Shown here one piece after another: positions 7,342 to 12,385 of a stretch of DNA of 12,385 bases; the stretch's first letter is position 1; every line of letters starts with the position of its first letter. The stretch is from NCBI GenBank assembly GCA_963805625.1, contig CAWDVE010000028.1:1-12385 (forward strand), read 5' to 3'. The notes under the pieces were generated by a model, which was not told the DNA's origin, did no database searches, and saw only the letters and a program-made list of their open reading frames with translations. This stretch comes from an uncultured Candidatus Rokubacteria bacterium. GTDB taxonomy: Bacteria > Methylomirabilota > Methylomirabilia > Rokubacteriales > DASRDR01. A program made the position numbers and the translations under genes.

Positions 7342-7451
7342 CATCGCCGAGCCCGCTGGAACCCATCGCCCCCGCGGGTCCAGCCGCCTCGATGCGACCG
7401 GACCTCGAACGGAACGTGGGAGACGAGATTGGAGGACCGGCCGACGGGGCG

Positions 7452-8558
7452 CTAGTCCAGCCAGTCGCGTTCTTTGAGCTTCCTCGGCAGGTAGGTCTTG
7501 GTGAGGTAGCGGAAGTCCTTGTTGGCGAGGGCGTCGAGCTCGTACTTGAGGCCGCTCGAGAGCATCCGCTTGATCTCCTCCTGCCAGGGCTTCTTCTGGA
7601 ACCAGCGGTACTTGAGGAGCTCGCGTGCCCGGCCGATGTCCTTGTCGTTCAGCTTGATGCCGACGTTCCGGGGGAGGCCGTAGGCGTCAGGGTCGGCGCT
7701 CGAGAGGCCGATGAACTTGGCCTTGGGGATGGCCATCCGCTCGCTCTCGAACGCGAGGTTGATCGAGCCCTGCTTGACGACCGAGTAGATGTAGTAGCCC
7801 CAGGGGTCGTTGTCGACCAGGACGTACACGGGGATCTGGTAGTCGTCGTGGAGACGCCGCGCCAGCCGCCGGACGCCGCGGGGCGGCTGGCCGTTGCCGG
7901 TGAGGAGGACGCAGTTGTACCGGCGCCAGAACTTGTCCTCCGAGAGCCGGTTCCACTGGGTGCCCTTCTCGACGAGGAGGACGAAGTCCGCCGTGCAGCG
8001 CCGGATCTCGATGTACTCGGGCTCGACGATGGAAGGCACCGAGTAGCCGCCTTTGCCGAGCCGCGCGCAGTCCACCCGGTCGCCGTCGTCACCGAGGACG
8101 ACCGGCCCCACGATGCTCCCCGCGTTCTCGGCGCGCACGTGGAGCTCCTCGCGGAGGGCGGCCAGCGCCACCTCGAGGTCCTCGATGAGGGGGTCGGACT
8201 CGTTCTGGTTGTCGAACGTGTTCTCGTGCGAGCCTCGCATCGTGTGCTTGGTGCGGTAGTAGATCTCGCGGAGGGACGTCGTGAGCCCTGCCCGCTGGAG
8301 CTCGGCCAGGGCGTCGGCCACCAGCACCGTCTGCATGAACTTCTTGGCCATGCCGACGTTGAAGAAGGTGCGCGCCTGCTTGCGCTTTCCCATCTCGATG
8401 ATGCCGCGCTTCTCGTTGAAGTTGACGTTGGCGAGGCTCCGCACGGGGATCGAGAGCGCCGGGTCGCGGCTCCGCTCGGCGGCCGTGATCACGACGTCGG
8501 CCACACCGACGAGCTTCTTCTCGACCGGCCCGATCTTCTTCGGCGTCGCTCCGGCCAT
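7452..8558 (-). CDS. top6A: DNA topoisomerase VI subunit A, 368 aa
   Basis: Winged-helix catalytic tyrosine motif LREIYY, then NTFDNQNESDPLIEDLE and LREELHV. TOPRIM motifs VLLVEK and VLVDNDPWG (DxD), plus TGNGQP. It lies 8 bp downstream of top6B. Confidence 0.96.
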   Translation of the reverse strand: MAGATPKKIGPVEKKLVGVADVVITAAERSRDPALSIPVRSLANVNFNEKRGIIEMGKRKQARTFFNVGMAKKFMQTVLVADALAELQRAGLTTSLREIYYRTKHTMRGSHENTFDNQNESDPLIEDLEVALAALREELHVRAENAGSIVGPVVLGDDGDRVDCARLGKGGYSVPSIVEPEYIEIRRCTADFVLLVEKGTQWNRLSEDKFWRRYNCVLLTGNGQPPRGVRRLARRLHDDYQIPVYVLVDNDPWGYYIYSVVKQGSINLAFESERMAIPKAKFIGLSSADPDAYGLPRNVGIKLNDKDIGRARELLKYRWFQKKPWQEEIKRMLSSGLKYELDALANKDFRYLTKTYLPRKLKERDWLD

Positions 8559-8566
8559 GGCTCGCT

Positions 8567-10603
8567 CTATCGCTTCCCGGGCCTGGTCGACGGAGCCGCG
8601 TCGCGCCGTGTCGCCCTCGCTTCGCGTCCGGTCGGCTTGGGCGCTTCGTGCTTGGCCGTCCTGGGCGCTCTACGCGCTGCCGCCCTGGCCCCGGCGGGCG
8701 GCTCCAGGCTCGCAACCTTGCCCTTCCGCCGCGCCGTGACGGGCCGCTCGGATTCCGCCGTGCCCTCATCTGCTTCCGCCGCCGCGGCCGGTGCGGCACC
8801 GGGCAACACCGGCGCCTCCCCCTCGGGACCGTCGGGCGTGACGATGATCGAGTGCGGCAGGCCCTCCGGGCCGCCTCCATCGCGGCCCAGGATCTCGTCG
8901 GTCCGGCTCCCGCCCGTCCGCTTCATGGCGATCTTCTGGAGCTGGCTCTTGAGCTTTTCCTTGGGGATCCTGCCGCCCTTGAGCCGGGCGCAGGCCTCGA
9001 CCACCTCCTCGATGTACAGCTCGAAGATGTTCCGCCGGCGGAATTCGCTCTTGGCCCGCTCGCGCCGCCGGAGGAAGACGCCGAGCCGGCGCCCGCACTC
9101 CTGGAGCGCGAGCTTGATCTCCTTGCGGATCTCGTCGTAGTCGGCGATCGCTTCCTTGGACTCGCTGGTGAAGGGGACCCAGACCGAGGCCATGTGGACG
9201 AAGATCACCATCGGCCCGGCCGGGAGGGCGCCCCGGGACTGGGAGACGCCGTAGGTGCGCCAGGCGGTGTCGAGCGCCGCCTTGAAGGTCGCGCATGCCG
9301 ACTGCTGGTAGAGGAGCGGGACGCGGTTCGCGTAGCGGATGACCCGCGCGAGCTCGCCGTCGTCCTCCCGCTCCTCGCCCTCGGCGAGCGGCACCGCAGC
9401 GGGCTCATGGGCGGCCGCCGCCTGCTCCGGCGCCTTGCCGTAGGCGAGCCCCGCCTCGATCGCAAACGGATTGCCGCGGTACACCGCTGGTGGACGAGTC
9501 ACCGCGGTGTAGAACTCTCCCTTGATCTGCTTGTACAGGCCGTGGAGGATTGCCTTCTCGCCGATGGGCGAGATCGAGCTCGACGGCGGCGCCATGATCT
9601 TGGTCGTCTGGATGGCCTTGTAGAGCGCCTCGGCGTCCTCGCCGTGGATGTTGCGCGGCCGCGCGTTCGGCGACAGCTTGGCCGTCCGGCAGATCTCGAG
9701 CGCGACGGCGGGGGAGACCCGGCTGAAGTCGCCGGCGAGGAATCCCGCGAGCGCGTGGCTCCGCGTGTCCTGGAGCATGCGCAGGAGGATGCCGAACTCG
9801 ATCCCGTAGGGATGCGGCTTGATCTCGCGGGGCTGGGGCGGCAGCTCGTGGATCGTCCGCGGGTACTCGCGAGTTTGCCCCTCGGGCGTGTGGTAGACCA
9901 GCGCCACGTGCGGGTTGGCGATGGCCGTCTGCTCGAGGTACTCGTCCACCGAGGACCGACCCCGCTGGTAACGCCCCTCGATCTCGAGCGTCACCTGGGT
10001 GCCGCGGTGGCTCTCCCAGTCGATCTTCTTGTTCTCGAAGATCCGCGGCTCGTTCTTCTTGGTGTCGATCTGCACCTCGAAGTAGTGGGCCGGGGAGCGG
10101 GCGCTGGTGCGCGAGGTGATCTGGACAGGCTTCCCGGTCGTGAGCTGAGCGTACATGCCGGCCGCGGAGATGCCGATCCCCTGCTGGCCCCGGCTCATGC
10201 GCAGCCGGTGGAACTTGGAGCCGTAGAGGAGCTTGGCGAAGATCGGCGGGATCTGGTGGCGGACGATGCCGGGGCCGTTGTCGATGACGGTGACGCGGAA
10301 CCGCGTCGCCTGGCTGGCGGGGGGCGGCGGCGACCCGTTGCTCGGCACGACCTCGATCTTCACCGTGACGTCGGGGAGGATGCCGGCCTCCTCGGCCGCG
10401 TCGAGGGCGTTGTCCACCGCCTCCTTGACGCAGGTGAGGAGGGCCTTCCGCGGGCTGTCGAAGCCGAGGAGGTGCCGGTTCTTGGTGAAGAACTCGGAGA
10501 CGGAGATCTCGCGCTGGCGGGCGCCCATCTCGACGGCGGAGACGCCGGGCTTCGGTGGCGGCGGGGGCGTCCCGGTCTGGGCCAGCGCCTGCGCGTTAGA
10601 CAT
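8567..10603 (-). CDS. top6B: DNA topoisomerase VI subunit B, 678 aa
   Basis: SD AAGGAGG at 10612-10606. REISVSEFFTKNRHLLGF, GHKL motifs KEAVDNALDA, DNGPGI and SRGQQGIGIS, IKPHPYG, an H2TH region, and transducer motifs YRGNPF, RYANRVPLLY, WRTY (WKxY-like) and VPFTSESKEAIA. Extra low-complexity C-terminal tail. Confidence 0.96.
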   Translation of the reverse strand: MSNAQALAQTGTPPPPPKPGVSAVEMGARQREISVSEFFTKNRHLLGFDSPRKALLTCVKEAVDNALDAAEEAGILPDVTVKIEVVPSNGSPPPPASQATRFRVTVIDNGPGIVRHQIPPIFAKLLYGSKFHRLRMSRGQQGIGISAAGMYAQLTTGKPVQITSRTSARSPAHYFEVQIDTKKNEPRIFENKKIDWESHRGTQVTLEIEGRYQRGRSSVDEYLEQTAIANPHVALVYHTPEGQTREYPRTIHELPPQPREIKPHPYGIEFGILLRMLQDTRSHALAGFLAGDFSRVSPAVALEICRTAKLSPNARPRNIHGEDAEALYKAIQTTKIMAPPSSSISPIGEKAILHGLYKQIKGEFYTAVTRPPAVYRGNPFAIEAGLAYGKAPEQAAAAHEPAAVPLAEGEEREDDGELARVIRYANRVPLLYQQSACATFKAALDTAWRTYGVSQSRGALPAGPMVIFVHMASVWVPFTSESKEAIADYDEIRKEIKLALQECGRRLGVFLRRRERAKSEFRRRNIFELYIEEVVEACARLKGGRIPKEKLKSQLQKIAMKRTGGSRTDEILGRDGGGPEGLPHSIIVTPDGPEGEAPVLPGAAPAAAAEADEGTAESERPVTARRKGKVASLEPPAGARAAARRAPRTAKHEAPKPTGREARATRRDAAPSTRPGKR

Positions 10604-10648
10604 TGCCTCCTTGATATCAGACGCAGGCCCGCTGGCGCGCGTTTATCC

Positions 10649-10825
10649 TCACCCGAGGTCATCGGACCGAGGACGGCGCTGTCGGCGGCCTCGGTTCCCC
10701 ACGGGGGCCGCGGGCACGCTTGACCTGCGCGTCCGGCGGGCGCGATTCAGACTCGCGGAAGGACGCACGGACCCTGCAGGGCGGTGACGAGCCGGCGAGA
10801 AGCCCACCTCCGTCTCCTCTGGCAT
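10649..10825 (-). CDS. Possible Arg-rich small ORF (58 aa) upstream of top6B
   Basis: GAGGTG-TCC-ATG has the same SD geometry as the lipoprotein gene, and a -10-like TAGAGT lies at 10848-10843. The product MPEETEVGFSPARHRP...RRQRRPRSDDLG has no recognisable family and weak codon bias. Confidence 0.2.
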   Translation of the reverse strand: MPEETEVGFSPARHRPAGSVRPSASLNRARRTRRSSVPAAPVGNRGRRQRRPRSDDLG

Positions 10826-10927
10826 GGACACCTCGGGTGGGGACTCTACGCCCCAGCTTGCCACGCCCCGACGGTAACCACATCCCACAAGCTGCGGACA
10901 TGCTGGGCTTTTCGGACACGATCGGCG

Positions 10928-10943
10928 TGGCACTCTCGTTGCA
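10928..10943 (+). promoter_or_regulatory. Sigma54 (RpoN) -24/-12 promoter
   Basis: TGGCAC-TCTCG-TTGCA is an exact fit to TGGCAC-N5-TTGCW, ending 41 bp before ATG 10985. Confidence 0.8.
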
Positions 10944-10984
10944 CCCGCTTCGACAGATAGCCTGAACTGGATTGGAGGCGTGGC

Positions 10985-11446
10985 ATGAGGAAGGTGGTCG
11001 TGCTCGCAGCGTTCGCGATCGTCGTGTGTGCCGTGGCCGGATCGGATGCATGGGCCCAGGGAGGGATGCGGTGGAGGGGCAGCGGCGGCTGGGGGCCGGG
11101 TGGCCCGTACGGGCGCATGTACGACACCAAGGCCGTCGAGACGGTCAAGGGAGAGGTCGTGGCCGTTGGTCCGGTGATGCCAATGAAGGGGATGGGGGGC
11201 GGCATCCACGTCTCGCTGAAGACCGAGAAGGAGACGCTCTCGGTTCACCTCGGGCCGAGCTGGTTCATCGAGAACCAGGACTTCAAGATCGAGCCGAAGG
11301 ACACGCTCGAGGTCAAGGGCTCGCGGGTCACGATGGGTGGAAAGCCGGCGCTCATCGCCGCCGAGGTGAAGAAGGGCGACGAGACGCTCACTCTGCGGGA
11401 CGACAACGGCGTCCCGGTCTGGAGCGCGACCCGCCGGCGGCCGTGA
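10985..11446 (+). CDS. Secreted OB-fold-like protein (MamS/MamX-domain-like; often auto-annotated as DNA-binding protein), 153 aa
   Basis: SD GGAGG at 10974-10978. Signal peptide ends AWA|Q, followed by a Gly/Met/Trp-rich linker. The conserved pattern YD-x3-VETVKGEV...G-x-H-x2-LKT...VHLGP-x-WF...D-x-LEV-x-GS...IA-x-EV-x-KG...L-x-LRD-x2-G-x-P-x-W follows. Confidence 0.75.
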   Translation: MRKVVVLAAFAIVVCAVAGSDAWAQGGMRWRGSGGWGPGGPYGRMYDTKAVETVKGEVVAVGPVMPMKGMGGGIHVSLKTEKETLSVHLGPSWFIENQDFKIEPKDTLEVKGSRVTMGGKPALIAAEVKKGDETLTLRDDNGVPVWSATRRRP

Positions 11447-11525
11447 GGAGGGGACTGACCAGGGCGCCCTACTACATCGCGGAAGCGAGACGTGCTGCAG
11501 GCGGTTGAGTCGGGCGAGACGATCA

Positions 11526-11558
11526 CGCGTGCCGCCGAGGATCTCGAGGCGGCACGCG
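11526..11558. repeat. GC-rich stem-loop with 11-bp perfect stem
   Basis: CGCGTGCCGCC (11526-11536) is the exact reverse complement of GGCGGCACGCG (11548-11558). It lies 80 bp downstream of the 11446 stop and has no U-tract. Confidence 0.55.
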
Positions 11559-11806
11559 GAACCTAAGTTAGGCCGTCCCGGGCAGCCCTCGCCGGCCCTC
11601 CGCGGAGGGACCGGTGAAGCCGGCGCTCTCGCCTGGCACGGGCGTCCCATGGACGCTCGCGGCGATCCGGAGCCAGTGGGCCGACCTGGCCGGGATGGGG
11701 TATCTTCGTGGCATCACCGTGGGGCACTTGGCCGCGGCCGGGTGGTAGCCGCTGCTCCTGCGGGACAGACGTGTCACCCTGGCGTCCCCAACGAGGAGGA
11801 GATCCC

Positions 11807-12385
11807 ATGACCGAGCCCCCCAAGACCTCCGTCACCCGTCGCGGCTTCCTCAAGACCGGCGCGCTCGCCGCCGCGACGGCGCCCCTCCTGGCACGCGCGC
11901 CGCTGGCGCAGGCCCAGGCGCGCGGCACGAAGGTGCTGGACTTCCAGACCGGCGCCGACGTCGCCAAGGCCGAGCAGGAAGGCGAGGTCGTCTACTACGG
12001 CCACGACGGCGAGGCCGGGATCGGCGTCCTGCTCGATGCGTTCAAGAAGGACTTTCCGAAGATCAAGACCAGCTACGTGCGGCTCCAGACCGGCGCCCTG
12101 TACGCGAAGATCACCGGGGAGCGGTCGGCCGGCCGCTTCGGCGTCGACGTGCTGCAGCTCTCCGACGTCTCGCCGGCCATCGACTTCCAGAAGAAGGGCG
12201 GCTACGAGCAGTACCCCTCGCCGGAGTACGCCGCCTACCGGCCCGAGCACCAGTCGAGCCCCGCGGGCTACTACGGCTGGGGCGGCGTCACCTTCGCCGG
12301 CATCTCATACAACCGCAGCCGGGTGACGGCGGAGCAGGCACCGAAGGCGTGGAAGGACATCCTCAACCCGGCCTTCCGGGACGGG
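11807..12385 (+). CDS. Tat-exported ABC transporter extracellular solute-binding protein (Fe3+/polyamine/thiamine-like, SBP_bac_6-type), partial
   Basis: Absent from the ORF track because it has no stop in the window. SD GAGGAGG at 11793-11799 before ATG 11807. MTEPPKTSVTRRGFLK is a twin-arginine motif. It continues AKAEQEGEVVYY...AFKKDFPKIK...ERSAGRFGVDVLQ...ISYNRSRVTAEQAPKAWKDILNPAF, typical of this SBP class. Confidence 0.9.
   Translation, partial: MTEPPKTSVTRRGFLKTGALAAATAPLLARAPLAQAQARGTKVLDFQTGADVAKAEQEGEVVYYGHDGEAGIGVLLDAFKKDFPKIKTSYVRLQTGALYAKITGERSAGRFGVDVLQLSDVSPAIDFQKKGGYEQYPSPEYAAYRPEHQSSPAGYYGWGGVTFAGISYNRSRVTAEQAPKAWKDILNPAFRDG

Noticed and set aside
5788-7344. N-terminal half of the 1025-aa minus-strand ORF, suggesting a giant ATP-grasp fusion
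   Set aside because: It is the antisense shadow of the M32 gene. High-GC codon bias leaves the opposite frame open, and no domain is recognisable upstream of 5787.
6786-10723. Long plus-strand ORFs 6786-9140 (784 aa) and 8648-10723 (691 aa)
   Set aside because: They are antisense or off-frame to M32, top6A and top6B, with low-complexity translations typical of shadow ORFs.
10746-10770. TCAG...GGAAGGACGCA resembling the SRP RNA domain IV motif
   Set aside because: It lacks the CAGG/AGCAG symmetric loop around a GGAA-capped stem, and the local pairing does not fit.
11489-11566. Short peptide DVLQAVESGETIT reminiscent of Phd/YefM antitoxins
   Set aside because: The similarity covers only about 13 residues, there is no well-placed SD-led start or toxin partner, and it runs into a hairpin. 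At most an unprovable relic.
11774-12326. ORF-track calls 11774-12250 (-) and 12036-12326 (+)
   Set aside because: They are antisense or off-frame to the Tat-signal solute-binding protein starting at 11807.

Overview
High-GC bacterial chromosomal window. The gene repertoire suggests Candidatus Rokubacteria/Methylomirabilota or a similar soil lineage (inference). Left to right: the end of a membrane protein gene; a two-gene operon (secreted stand-alone CarboxypepD_reg-like beta-sandwich protein plus an uncharacterised membrane-anchored protein) behind a possibly structured leader; a decayed patch (serine hydrolase pseudogene, internally deleted ABC substrate-binding protein gene, frameshifted SnoaL/NTF2 gene) around an intact small lipoprotein; a head-to-head pair of a circularly permuted ATP-grasp ligase and an M32 carboxypeptidase separated by 48 bp with two apparent extended -10 promoters; a complete DNA topoisomerase VI operon (top6B-top6A); a secreted OB-fold-like (MamS/MamX-like) protein behind a consensus sigma54 promoter; and the start of a Tat-exported ABC solute-binding protein that the ORF track missed. 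The best candidate for an undescribed system is the ATP-grasp ligase/M32 carboxypeptidase pair. All family calls come from motif recognition by eye; no database searches were run.
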